A stretch of 62,939 bases of DNA, counting the filler, from Folioceros fuciformis (taxonomy: Eukaryota): NCBI GenBank assembly GCA_049999805.1. It is 15 parts of 15 records of this genome, joined end to end, with 100 filler letters (N's around TTAATTAATTAA, not from the genome) between each part and the next. Parts side by side here need not be neighbours in the genome. Positions count along the whole stretch, not along the records: positions 33,473 to 36,948 come from JBNGIO010000456.1; positions 37,049 to 39,406 come from JBNGIO010000457.1; positions 39,507 to 42,947 come from JBNGIO010000458.1; positions 43,048 to 46,157 come from JBNGIO010000459.1; positions 46,258 to 51,419 come from JBNGIO010000460.1; 10 more parts are not named here. One strand, 5' to 3'. The notes beneath the pieces were generated by a model. The model ran no database searches and was not told the DNA's origin. It saw only the letters and a program-made list of their open reading frames with translations. The position numbers and the translations under genes were made by a program. Position 1 is the first letter of the stretch. Every line of letters starts with the position of its first letter. Shown piece by piece: positions 36,321 to 48,859 of this stretch.

Positions 36321-36948
36321 ATGGCAGGGATGCAGCAGAGTCCGAGGAAGCGGATTCCTGAGGAGGTGGAGGAGACGTGGGGCAGGCAGCAGAAGCTGCC
36401 CCCGGAGCAGCGTCTGAACTCGGCTTTCGAGCACATCCCCCTAGCCGATTTCGCTGATCTCACCAAGGCTCCCTGTAGGTCACGAGATATGCTTGGTTGT
36501 TGTGCTATAGCTGCATCTCCTTGTAGTGGATTCCGGAGAGAATGTGAGAATGAAGGTTGCTGAGCCTGTGTGGCAGTGGTGGAGGTACGCTCTGATGCCA
36601 ACATCCGTGACACGGTTCGAACTCTGGCGGAGCACAACCTGCTGAGCGCGCCTGTGGTGGACGTGGATGCTGCGGAGGATGCGGGATGGATGGACCGGTA
36701 CCTTGGGCTGGTGGAGTCGGCCGCCATTGTGTTGTGGGTTTTGAGCAAGGTGGGTTGCAGTGCGTGGAGTAGAGTGTGGGCATCTGTGATGGTAGGAGAT
36801 CGAGGATGTAAATTCCGGGATTGAGGGACAGGTGCGCTTGGCAGGCGGAGGTTGCGGCTGCAGGAATCGTCGCAGCAGCTTCCGGATCCGGGGCTGCAGC
36901 GGGGGCTTTGATCGGGGCGGTGGGAGCGTTGGCTCTGGGGGCCCCGCC
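36321..36948 (+). CDS. SnRK1 regulatory gamma-like CBS-domain protein, 3' truncated
   Basis: RLNSAFEHIPL|VVEVRSDANIRDTVRTLAEHNLLSAPVVDVDAAEDAGWMDRYLGLVESAAIVLWVL|AEVAAAG..GAVGALALG. Introns 36475-36576 and 36750-36844. Confidence 0.85.
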
Positions 36949-37640
36949 NNNNNNNNNNNNNNNNNNNNNNNNNNNNNNNNNNNNNNNNNNNNTTAATTAA
37001 TTAANNNNNNNNNNNNNNNNNNNNNNNNNNNNNNNNNNNNNNNNNNNNCTTAGCAGCTTGTAGCTGCCATGGTGCAAGGGTGCGCTCTCTGAGTATCATG
37101 CTTGTGTATTGGAGACGAAGTCAGCATTCCCCTCTCTCATGGTGCTCATACCCTGTACATATGCAAGCAGGGGGTCCCCCTTTGTATTGTAAGTGGAAGA
37201 TTCCTTCCATCAACTTAATCATAATCCTTTTCCTCGCGAAAAAAGCTCTCGACCACCCTTAGGAGCTTCTCGCACACACTACCCACCCAGACCAGACGTC
37301 TCCAATCCAGCCATAGGCAATGCGGGGATCTCAACCGGGAAGTTGTCTCACACACTCCAAATTCGGAACACAACTAGCAATTCAGGGATTGAGGGAGGGA
37401 GGAGCTTCTGGACATCACATCAGGCGTTATGAACAAGCTTCAAACCTGCCCCACGCCAATCCTTCAGCTCTTCTTCCCTTGTCAGCAAAACTTGCTCAAT
37501 CATCCCCCCCACCACCAGTCGCAGAGCAAAGCTCTCGACCACCCATAGGAGCTTCTAGGACACACTACTCACCCATACTAGATGTCTCCAATCCAGCCAC
37601 AAGTAGCGCATGGATCCCAACCGCGAAGTTGTCTAATTAG

Positions 37641-38460
37641 AGAGGCACCAAGAGGCCTCTTTATACAAAGTTTGCAGAGCGAGTATCACAGCCCGCCATA
37701 AAGTTTAGTTCTAAAAACAATCAACTTGAAAGGTGCCCTTAATTACGAGAGGCATCAGGTCCGAGATAGCATCTTGCCAAATCTTATCTAAATTCTATTT
37801 TTAAGATGCAATAACTCTTGGCCTACCTTAGTGCCGCGCCCTCCTCCTATTCATTCTTCTAGCCCTTCTTCCTCTGCCACCAAATCCTCGGGCTCTCCTT
37901 TCACACTGCTAATCAGGCAAATCCTCCCATAAAATCTTCACCTCACTTTCGCTGCTGGCTGCCTTATCTTGGCTGGGTAATGGTGGGGCCCACCTTGGAG
38001 TCCTCTCCTCCTCCACTGACTGCCTATTGCTAAGGATCAGCAGAGGTTCTTCCTCCACCCAAGCATGTGCCTCCTCTTTCGTGAGGTCCTTCAAGACTAC
38101 CTCTGCATAATAGGGGGTTAATCCCCATACCCGGACACAATGGAAGAAGGATCCATTCTAGGTCCTCACTTGCAGATGGTAGGCCCTGGTCCCTCTTATT
38201 CCCACATGCACATGAATAGTACGTTATCTCCATTCACATAGAGACCAGGAATATAAGTCTCTTCATCCATGTGCCTTAATACAATCTAGCCTCATGCTGC
38301 ATATGAGGTGCTTACCTCCTCCTCCCGTGGGCTACCTCTGACTGTCTACTCTCTGCCCTCCAAGGATGCTGGAGTGCCTCATGTTGCTTTGGCTGCAGCT
38401 GTCTCCATTCCAGTCCTCCTTGTGCGGGTAGGGGTTTCAGCAACCCCAGTTGCTGGTACA
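37641..38460 (-). mobile_element. Diverged copy of the unidentified repeated ORF family (3' part)
   Basis: LTKEEAHAWVEEEPLLIL...ILWEDLPD matches the 45041 and 49208 ORFs, and the flanking DNA is also homologous. Confidence 0.75.
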
Positions 38461-39506
38461 CCTCCAGAAGTGGGACTTCATCACCGCTTGATCGCCTAAT
38501 TGCTGACGTTTACAGCAAGTTGGGGACATCTGTTGAGATGGTGCTGACAAATGGGGAGGTCTCTTGTTACCATACTTACGAGGAGTCAGATGAGGTTTTT
38601 CAGAAGGATGAGGTACATAGGGAGGGCTCTGCCTTTTGGAAGGGCAAGGCCTATGATTATGACTTTCCTAACGAGGGGTTAGGAGTAAAGCTAGCAAGTA
38701 GTCTAGAAGGGGGGTATGTGGACCCTGACTTTATAGCTAGTTGTTGGTAGGCAATGAGACATTTGTGTTGTAGAGTATTCAACAATGTCTAAAATAAATC
38801 GAGTTTGTCCTCACTCTTCTTTTGCATTTTCCACAAGTCGTACTACTCTCCAAAAATGTAGTGGTTTGTAGGTCAAGGGTTTGAGAAGGCCGAGGGCTAC
38901 GGCTACGCGTATTTGCAAACTTTTGTTTCATGAGGCAAGTGGTCATTGAAATAAGATGCTTCAAGCATGTTTTACAATTCAATTGTTTTTCAAGTGCACT
39001 GCATTATCGGGGCGTGCACAAGTGCACGCTTGCCTACTTGCATTCATGCAACCTTTTTAGTGAAAGAACTTATCCTTAAAAATACGGAGATTCTAGCCTT
39101 TCAGACATGGGGACAAGAATGTTGTTCCTTATCTCATGTTGGCTTGCCATTGGATTTGGCTCCTCGAGATTATTTGGGGATGGGGTTGGCAAAGCTGCGC
39201 TGGAGAATGTTTCCACATGATTTGGGTCGCATGTTTCATTATCGAGGTGACATTCCTGGCCCTTTGCACTTTCACCTCCTTCCTCGTTTAAGGTCTCCTT
39301 TCCTTTCCTTTCCTCTTTTTCATCTTTTTTTCATGACCTTGCGTTTGACTGAGTTCAAGGAGGTCCATGCTGGGTGGTGGGTGCACACAAGTGTGCACTC
39401 CAACTGNNNNNNNNNNNNNNNNNNNNNNNNNNNNNNNNNNNNNNNNNNNNTTAATTAATTAANNNNNNNNNNNNNNNNNNNNNNNNNNNNNNNNNNNNNN
39501 NNNNNN

Positions 39507-39715
39507 CTAGTACAGAAGCTGAATACAGAGGCGCAGCAATGGCAGCGTGTGAAGTGACTTGGATTTGTAAGTTACTCGGAGATTTTGGATTGCAGGTCAA
39601 CGACAAGGTTGTTATCTACTGTGACAATCTTAGCAGCATACAATTGGCGCGAAACCCAGTGTTTCATGCCAGGACAAAACACATTGAAATACATTATCAT
39701 TTTGGGGCCCCGAAG
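39507..39715 (+). mobile_element. Ty1/copia RNase H fragment
   Basis: STEAEYR..AACEVTW, IYCDNLSSIQLARNPVFHARTKHIEIHYHF. Confidence 0.9.
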
Positions 39716-39729
39716 ATCCTCAAGTGATT

Positions 39730-42700
39730 GATCCTAGGCTTCTGAGAGGTCCAGCGCTCATAAGGAGTGGATCCAGTGAAGGCTTTTGTTGGAAGTCTAT
39801 TCTTGATATAGTTAGCCGTAGCAACAGCTTCTGCCCAGTACCCCCTGGACAAGCCAGAAATTTTGAGCATGGATTTCGCAGCTTGCTGGAGATGCTTGTT
39901 GCTAAGGTCGGCAAGTGGGTTTTGTGCAGACGTATAGGGAACGGTAAGCTAGCGAGCTATACCAAGAGATCGACAGTACGCCGAGAATTCATCTGAACAG
40001 AACTCACCACCACCATCTGTACGTAGTGCCTTAACCAATTCCCCTGTTTGCCTTTGTGCAAATACCACATATTCTTGGAAACATCCAAGAGTTTGACTCT
40101 TATTCTTGATAAAGTAGGTGATTGTATATCGGCTCCAGTCATCCACAAATGACAGGATATACTTAGCACCACCAAGGGACGAGGTGGACATAGGACCACA
40201 CAAGTCAGAGTGCACCATTTCCAGCAGCCTTGTAGCCCTGGTGGGATTAGTGTCCTTATAAGGTAATCTCTGGTGCTTTCCAAATGCACAGGCCTCGCAG
40301 AATTGCTTCTCGGCGAACCTGAGCAAGAATCTCTCTCTGTAGAGTGTATTATCAGCAATGATAGCTTTAATTTTATCAAAATTGGCATGGCCAAGGCGAT
40401 AATGCCATAAGAGTGCTTGCTGATCCCTAAGTGCAGCCTGGGTCACCTGAACAGATGGTGGAGGCATGCCAAGCTTGGAGGTAAAGTCTAACGCATACAG
40501 GCCATTTACTGGTTTACCAGTAGCAACTGTCCTAGACTTGAACTGTGGATCAGTGATGTGGCAGTCTAAACCTATGAACGAGATGACCAATCCATGTTGC
40601 TGTTGAAACTGGCTTAAAGACACAAGATTTTTAACCATTGTAGGAACATGGAGTACGTCCATCAAGTTAATAGTGCTTCTGTTGGTCAGCAGGATTGGTA
40701 CCGTGCCCCTACCAAGTATTCCAAGACCTCTATTGTCACCCACCAGAACCTCCTGGCCAGGTGGCATCTTGGTGTAATGCAAGAACGATTGCCGATTATG
40801 ACATATGTGAGATGATGCGCAAGAATCAAGGTACCACACATCATCGATTTGTGTTGATGCAACCATAAAGACTGCAAACATAGTGTTCTTTCTTTGTACC
40901 AGATTACTTTCTGCTGGAGGTGCGACCCTTCGAGGCTCATTTGCCTTTTTCTTGCGGCATTCCGACTCATAGTGGCCAGGAATCAAACACTAGTTGCAGT
41001 TTCCCTTTTTCTTAGCTGGTCCAGCCCCTGGACGCTTCTTGGAAGCTGAGGCATTTGTGTTAGTCCATGACTGCTTAGGTGGTGGCCTGCGAGGGCTTCT
41101 CTGAGTGTAGAGAACCCTGTTTGAGGCCTCTCCTCTGTTGGAGGTACCACCGCGATTAGCATTTCTAGTTGCCTCTTCCTCGAGAAGGGCTCCGACCAAA
41201 TCGGACAAGTGGACTGCTGGTGTTTGGCCTGCTGGTGTGGCCTGTTGGATATTCCGCAGGTTGGAGCTGTAGTTACTCACAAACGTGCGATAACTCTCCG
41301 GCAATGTAAGTAACAAGGCAATTGCTGCCTGGATCTCTGTTGTGGTTGTACCACTAGAGGTTAGCTTTGAGCGTAACGTTCTGAACTTACTGATGTGAGC
41401 CTCAATGGTGTCGGTCTCCTTCATCTTGCAAGTATAGAAGGAACGAGTGGATGTTACCATTGATGTACCATTGACGACCTGGTAGGCTTGAGTCAAAGCA
41501 TCCCATGCTTCTTTTGTTGATGCGACATCTCTTGTGTAGTCTATCATTGTGCCATCCAGGGCTGCCTGGATAACACATAGTGCTCTCAGGTCCTTTTTAT
41601 TCCATGCATCAATGTCTGCTGGAGCCGATCCTTGGGCTGGCTTTAGCGAAGTTCCACTCACAACGTCCCAAAGGTCATGTTCCCTTAAAATCGTTTTGAC
41701 TCTCAACGCCCATATGTCAAATTGGGTTCCTGAGAACCTGTCCTTCTCTTTGAAGTCTTTTTTCAAATTGTGAACAATTGTGTTATTAGTAGTCACATTA
41801 CCAGCGGCTGCTCCGCCACCACCAGCACCGCTCGACATTGCATGCACTACTTGGGAGGCAAATCGTGAAGCTAATGCCTGCTGTAGTGCACGTGTCTGTG
41901 CAGGTGTACGTGTACTTGACTGTGCATTATGTGCAGAATGCTGAGGTGTAGAGGTGTTGGATTGTGAGGATGACTCACTTAGAGAAAGTGGATCAAATTG
42001 ATCAACAACTCCGTGCCCTCTACCACGGTATGTTGCCCGACCCCTGCCAGTTTGACCTCTACCAGCCTGACCTCGACCTGACTGGCCTCAACCTGTCTGG
42101 CCTCTACCACGTGGATTCCCTACCCCTCTTCCACTATTGGACATTCATAGATGCTATGCAGGATAGAAACGCTTGTTTCTGATCTCTTTAGACTTTTGTG
42201 CAAACATGATGTCAACGTCGTCTAATGCATCCTGCATTTGCCTCATGAGGGGTGAGGGATTCTTCAGGTGTCTGATGCCTTGGTAAGTCTCAGATTCTTT
42301 TTGTTGTTGTTGTTGAGATTTGAGCCAAAATTGTTGCTGTTTGGTAAGTTGGATACTTAGCTCTTCAAGCTTTACCCAAATCTCATCAAGTTTTGCTGAG
42401 ACATTGCTGATTTGATTCACATTCCGTGCAGCAATCAACTTTATGACCTTATACACCTCATCATGCAAAGGGTCTGATGGAGACGGAAGTGGGTTGAGAA
42501 GGTCAGTAGCAGTTTCAGCAGAAATTTCACCTACACGACGTAATTTCTGTCGTACTTCTGTTTTAATGTATGAGAGGGGATCAGATGGCTTTCTAATCAC
42601 AGGAACTCGTGTTATAATAGATGCTCGATTTCTGAATGCAGGTGCTACTGCAGTTGTCAGGAAATTCTCAAGGTTTTTCTGTTGCACAGCCCCTGGACAC

Positions 42701-42804
42701 CCCGATGCTGATCTATGACCTCTTCTCCTAGGCATTGCGCCACAATGTCTAACTGCAGTAATGGAACACTGCAGCAGCAAGGAAGGACTCGGCAAGCGAC
42801 CCAA
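39730..42804 (-). mobile_element. Ty1/copia gag-protease-integrase with RG-rich gag extension and an extra 5' ORF
   Basis: UBN2-like gag, CN*CLIPGHYESEC knuckle with a nonsense change at 40990, WYLDSCASSH, LWHYRLGH, VHSDLCGPM and LRTDGGGEF. Upstream 216-codon ORF at 42154-42804. Confidence 0.9.
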
Positions 42805-43389
42805 ATCCTTTTGACAGCGACATCTTCAAAGATTGGAGAACTAGCCTAAAATGTTCGTGCATCAATGTTTTTATGCAAATTTTCAGAATTGCAATTACAA
42901 ACCGCACAAACAGACTTGGGCACATCAGCGGGATCCATCCTGATGCANNNNNNNNNNNNNNNNNNNNNNNNNNNNNNNNNNNNNNNNNNNNTTAATTAAT
43001 TAANNNNNNNNNNNNNNNNNNNNNNNNNNNNNNNNNNNNNNNNNNNNCAGTAGTAGAGCCCCAGTGTGGTAGTGGAACCGAAGCGTCGCAGACGAATGGG
43101 AATCCTAAGTAGGGACCCAAGGGTCCCGAGGTATTTTCGAAGTGGAGCGCAACCACAGTGGGAGTGGCGTCTGGGAGTGGACGTGGCGGACAGGACGCAA
43201 GGTGAAGGTGAGAGAACGACACGCAAGCAGAGCCTGAGCTCGGTGACTGCTTGGACGGGTCAGGGGAGGAGCGGAGCGCGCCAGTATCAGGAGAGGCGGC
43301 GGCGCCAGAGCAATGGTGGAGCGGAGCCTAGTGGAGGGAGTGACCATAGATTTGCCACCAGCAGAGTCGTCCAGGGATGCAGCGTAGGA

Positions 43390-45990
43390 GCCGATGCCTT
43401 AGGTGGAGGTAGTCCTCTGGCCAAACATGGACCATTGGAAGGCTAGAGCCGGAGGGCTGGTAGAGGAGCTAGGCCTCAGGTTCATGGCCAAGAGGTGGGC
43501 CCATGTGGCCCTCGTTCTAGTGCAGGAACGTGCGCACCGGATGCGGAACAGGACAAAAGGGGAAGGGACCAGGGAGAGGCCCCAGGACTGGGACGTCAAA
43601 CTGGTCAAGACGGTGTATGGGCGGAGTCAGGAGGAAGCCAAGGGACTCATGATCGAGTCCTTGAGGAAGCGCAGTACCACGGCGGTGGCAGCGACGCTGT
43701 TCAAAGCTGGAATCGGAAGGGAGGCCAACGGTTGGTTGGCGCGGGAGATGGCGACTGCCTAGCTCATGGGTCTGGCCAGGTGGCTCTTGTGTTTTTTGCA
43801 GAATAGGAAGCAAGACTACTTACCGGACCACATGCTGCTGTTCTTGCACGAAGTGGTCAATGAGAGCAGGATTGACTAGGGGAAGATTATCTACGACCGA
43901 TTGAATGAGGAGAGGCAGAATCTGACTTCTCCAACCCCCCGCCCGTCTCTGATTTCACCCTTCCTAGTCCATTTGTATTGCTATGCTAACAATCTGCCAG
44001 AGATAGAGGTGGTTGCTTCTCTGTACATGTGGAAGCCTGTTCGGGAGGTCAAGCGAAAGCCGGAGAAGCCTAAGAAGGAGGCTGAGTCCTACAACTGGGA
44101 GTCTGGAGCAGAAGGGAGTTCGGAAGAGGAGGCGACTGTCAGTAGGAAGAGGAAGGCAAGGGCCGGGTGGAAGACCCTCGCGACAAGGAGGAAGGTCAAT
44201 GGGCACGCCACCAGAGCAACGGGAGATTCGTAGCTACAAGATTCTCCCCGAAAAACATGTGATAGGCAGCTGGTCACCCCCTCCACTGAACCCAGGGAAT
44301 CAGTGCCAGCAGAGGGGGCGAGACCGGCTGAGGTGGTAGGGAAGTTAGGGCTGACCCCGGGGGAAGAGCTTTTTCCAAGGTGGGAAGAGATTTTCAAGAC
44401 CACTCCCGTAGTGGCGAATTTGTAGGAGGAGGATCTGGTGTGCACACTGCTGGGCAGGGGGGATCTTGTCAGAGGAATGGCTACTAGTGGCATGCCCCTG
44501 CATGTGGATTTACCAGGCCTAACAGCGGCCACGGTTCGGGCGTAGGCGGACATGTTAGACCAGGCTACACGAGCGCTCACTTGGCTGAGCATGTAGGGGC
44601 AAAAGGAAGAGGAGGTGCAAGCCAAGATGTCTGAGGCAAAAGCAAGGCGGGAGCAACTGGAGGAAGCTCGACAAGCCCTAAGTGCAACCAACGAACAAGC
44701 GCAGGAGGGAGTACGTCGGGCCTGGGAGGAGATGCAGGCCATGAAGGATCAGCATGAGCTGCTCCTGACTCAAGTCAAGAAGGTTCATGAAGCCAATCAG
44801 GAAATGCAACCGAAGCTGTTGAGGGCACAAGAGTAGGAGGCGGTTGCAGTGGAGAAGGTCTAGAAGCTTGCGGACCGGTATAAACGGGAACGGGATGAGG
44901 CCTGGAGTCGGGTGAAAGGAAAAGGGAAGGCTTAACATAGAAGCAGGTCCGCGACTGAGTTAGCCGAAGTCACTACCAGTCATAGCAAGACCACGCCAGT
45001 AGAGGACAACCCTACCAGGGTAGAGGAAGCAGCGACCGTCGTGGAACCCGCAACCGGAAGAGCTGGGATAGCAACCCACACCAGGAGGACAGGACTAGGA
45101 GCGGCAGCAGCCAGGGGAGCAAAGGATTCCCCAGTACCTCTAAAGAACAGAAGACATGCAGTTCGGGGTCACCTATGGGAGGAGGGGGTAAGCACCTCAT
45201 CTGCAGCAGAAGGTCAGATTGTATTACAGCATCTGGATGAGACAACTTATGTTCTTGGCCTCTATGTGAAGGGGGACCGTGTGCTTAACCTGACTGTCCA
45301 TGTGCGTGTGGAAATAGGAGGGACAAGGGCTTCCTGCCTACAATTGAGGACTCGCGGGGGATGCTTCTTCCACTACTTCCGGGTGTGGGGTCTACCTCCT
45401 TGTTATTTGGAGGCAGTCTTCGAGGAGTTGACGGAGGAAGAAGCGCAGGCATGGGTGGAGCAAGAACCCATGATGGTCCTCAACAACAGGCGGCCGAAAG
45501 GTGGGGGAAGGACCCCTTAGTGGACCCCACTCACGCCTCAACAGGAGAAGTCAGGTGGCAGTGAGAGTGAGATAGAGGTTTTATGGGAGGATCTGCCTGA
45601 CGAGAGAAGAGGAAGGAGGGCCCGGGGGTTTGGCGATCGAGAAAGGGGCACGCGACAGCCGGATAGGAGGCGAGCACGGCGATAGGATAGGCCAGAATTC
45701 ATTGCATCTTAGAATAGCATTTCGTAAGATTTGGTGAAGATGCTTTCTTGGACTTTATGCCGCTCGTAATTAAGAGCGCTTGATTGACTGAAGACTGAAC
45801 TTAATGGCGGCTACGATCTCGTCCATCGTGTGTACAAAGAGGCCTGTTGGCACCTCACTAATTAGCAAAAATCGGTGACTCGTTCCAGACAAGGTCCCCG
45901 CCCTATCCATGACTAGATGGGAGAGGTCTAGGTGGGCAGCGTATGCGCGACACTCATGAGGGGAAGTTGAGAGTTTTTTGCTCCACAACG
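43390..45990 (+). mobile_element. Unidentified repeated ~2.3 kb ORF, probably an accessory ORF of an LTR retrotransposon, decayed
   Basis: Colinear homology to 48860-51419 (minus) and 37641-38460. Motifs WPNMDHWKARA and DHMLLFLHEVV..RID*GKIIYDRL..SPFLVHLY, a coiled coil, and a C-terminal VWGLPPCY domain. Many in-frame stops. Confidence 0.65.
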
Positions 45991-46629
45991 GGTGTAGAGG
46001 AAAAAAACTTTCGGGACTCCCATTTTGAGGAACAGTATGAACAAGTTGTGTTTTTTTTCGTGAAGATACGAATGAATCAGCTTAGTATGGAAATAATATT
46101 TGGGTATTTATACCCAAAGGGCTCCTTGGCCTTGGTGATCTAATGGGATTGAGTGATNNNNNNNNNNNNNNNNNNNNNNNNNNNNNNNNNNNNNNNNNNN
46201 NTTAATTAATTAANNNNNNNNNNNNNNNNNNNNNNNNNNNNNNNNNNNNNNNNNNNNAGGCCACACCGCTCCATCATCCACTTGTGTAGCCACACAATCA
46301 ATCAAGTCTGTCCATAACCTACCAATCTGAGTGTCGATATTAAATCATAATTTCTATATTAAAATGATTAAAGAATCTATAATAATCTAGTTCTTTCTTT
46401 GTAATTGTAGATTTAATATTTCTATGTGAAAAAGCTTGTCTCCTTAGCTTTTAGTTATGCTTAGAAATTGTTGAATTTAGAAATTTTCTCATGTTTGACC
46501 TAGCGAATCTTGGATGTTTTAATGTATTATTTATACAATTGATAATAATTGGAGTGCTCATAGGAGTCCTAAATTTATCATCTTCTACAAATTTAGAGGC
46601 AACATCAACATGCAACATGTCTAAAAAGT

Positions 46630-47285
46630 GGAAGGGCACCATCCTCTCATTTAGAAGGACCCCATTACTCCCCCTTCCAATTGCTATCTCCCTACACTTA
46701 ATACCCCTTTCTCAACAAGCTCCCTATGACACCTTTCTCAGCCCAACAATTTAGCTACTTGTCTCCTCATGTCCAACAACCAACAAGTTTTTTCTTGGCC
46801 TGGTTGCTACATGCTTGCACCTATTAGCGAGAACTTCTTGGGAGTCTTTCCCTAAAGTCTACTGAGGGCAAGCGGGTATGGTACCCCTACCAGGCACCCG
46901 CTCACATGTATCATGGCCACATCAATTCCACGGTCGTTGTAGGCTTCCCCAGAATCACTCCCCTCTAAGCCTGGTCAGCTCTCTCCACTTGTGTTTATCG
47001 TTCACCTACGACATTCAACCTTTTCGAGCGCGTACCTTCAACACGTCTAGTCAATAGGAAGGCACCATTCCTTCACTTGGAAGGGCTCCAGTACCTCCCC
47101 CTACCAATTTCTAACTTGCTACACCCAATACCCCTTTCCTCACAAGTCTCCTTACAACACCTTCCACAACGATGCAATTGCTTGTCTCCCTCCGTCCTAC
47201 GGCCAACAAGTTTTTCCTTGGGCCGGTTGCTGCGTGCTTGTGCTTGTTAGCGAGAACTTCAAGGGAGTCTTTCCCTAGAGTCTAC
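46630..47285. repeat. Diverged ~235-bp direct duplication (about 46630-46862 and 47058-47285)
   Basis: Shared blocks GGCACCAT, AATACCCCTTT, CAACAAGTTTTT, TTAGCGAGAACTTC and GGGAGTCTTTCCCTA.AGTCTAC. Confidence 0.75.
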
Positions 47286-47532
47286 CCTCAAGCCAACAGT
47301 CACACAGGTACTGCCACACAACTACAGCAGCACAACAACCATTCACAAGGGAAGCAACTTGCAGGGGTGCCCATGGAAGAATATGAGCCCTTTGCCAAGC
47401 ACTTCGACCACTACAACTCTAGCCACAACCAAGCACTGCGATGGCACACAGCTGGCAACGAGATTCCTACGCTCTGCTGAGCATGAGAACTCGTCATGAG
47501 AAGAGTGCAGAATGTGGTGGTTCATTTCTTTG

Positions 47533-48041
47533 TGTAGCCCCTCCTATTAGGAGTGTGCCTACAGGTACACTCCTAATATCGATAGGTGTGGAGTAAAATG
47601 TTGTGTCCGAGGACACCGTGAGGCCTACACAAACCCTCTCTATGTCCTTGTAGCCATGGGATTCGATCCCAAGGGAATGATTCGTGCCAAGTAACACTGG
47701 TTTCTTCTAATACGGACTCTTACCTAGGTCAGGCCTTGTCTACTACCAATTTTTCTATCAACTACGCCCCACCACTACTCCTCAGTTAGCCCAGCTACCG
47801 TGGACCCTACTCTACGACCGGGGTTGTGGTCTCCGCGACCACTAGTAGCTTCCACAACCAGTAGTGGGTTCCATGACCGTGGTGGGTCCCACCCAAAACC
47901 CTAACTAATATTTTCCGGCGCATGCGCCGCCGCGGGTTTCTGCTCTAGGGGCTTCCAAACTCACAGATCTAGTCTTATTGGATGCTCTCCACACATGCAG
48001 ATGCTAATCCTTGGGGGACAAGGCCCCGCGGATTAGCCACA
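47533..48041 (-). mobile_element. Putative 3' LTR downstream of the unidentified ORF
   Basis: On the minus strand a purine tract GAGGGGG directly precedes TGTGGCTA (48041), and a possible end ...GGGCTACA lies at 47533. No second LTR copy is visible. Confidence 0.35.
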
Positions 48042-48410
48042 CCCCCTCACACACACATGCAACACTATCCTTAGAGGCAAAACACACAAGAGCTTTGGTT
48101 CACACTTATTCTTCACAAGCCTATCTCTAAATGTCTCCAATCCTCTAGCAATGTCCCCAAATCTCAAGCAATCTCTCAATAATCCTCCACAATCTCCCTT
48201 AGTCTGCAACAATCTTCAACAGTCTTCCACAAACGCCTAGAAATCTCTTCGAAATTCCCCAAAAATCACATCCACTTTTTAGCAATCTTTCACAACCTTC
48301 CAACCAATTCTCAGCAGTTTTCTTCAGTTCTCCAGCAATCTTGCAGCAACCTCAACAATCTCCCAGGATCCTCCTCAGTCTGTCAGCTCCCTCTTCCGCA
48401 GCCAGCAGTT

Positions 48411-48840
48411 CAGGGAATAAGGGAAGGAGAAACTCTCCCTTCACTCCGCGTAGTGGGCGGATTCGTCCCCCTCTCCTCAGCTTACGGCCAGTCAGTCTTC
48501 CTCTCGCACACTCATTCCTTCACCCTTCATCTCCTTACTCACTCACCCCTCCTTGCTCACTTCAACTCCTTCTCTTCTCACACACGCTCTTCGACACCAG
48601 ATCCAAAACGTAGCCAACGGTTTAGGGAATAAGGGAAAGAGAAGTTCTCCTTCCACTCCGCGCAGCTGGTGGATTCGTCCCCCTCTCCTCAGCTATGGAC
48701 CACAATCAATCCATCAGGGAATAAGGGCAAGAGAAGTTCTCCTTCCACTTCGCGTAGCTGGCGGATTCATTCCCCTCACTCCACACTGTGGATCACAATG
48801 AACAATTTGGGGGATAAGGGAAGGTGACCTTCCACTCAGT
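48411..48840. repeat. Dispersed/tandem ~70-bp repeats in the retroelement 3' region
   Basis: AGGGAATAAGGG..AGAA..TCTCC.T.CACT.CGC..AG..GG.GGATTC.T.CCCCTC at ~48412, 48623 and 48716, with a partial copy at 48808. Confidence 0.8.
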
Positions 48841-48859
48841 AGAGGATCTGCTGATTTGT

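Noticed and set aside
37246..37636. ~105-bp diverged duplication, and ORFs at 38520-39406
   Set aside because: No identifiable product. Probably TE debris, and not supportable as a feature.
40987..40992. Stop between gag and pol as programmed readthrough
   Set aside because: It falls inside the CCHC knuckle (CN*C, probably Tyr), so it is a simple nonsense mutation.
47915..47948. GC palindrome followed by CTAG as a Helitron 3' end
   Set aside because: CTAG is followed by G rather than T, it lies inside a probable LTR, and there is no matching 5' end.
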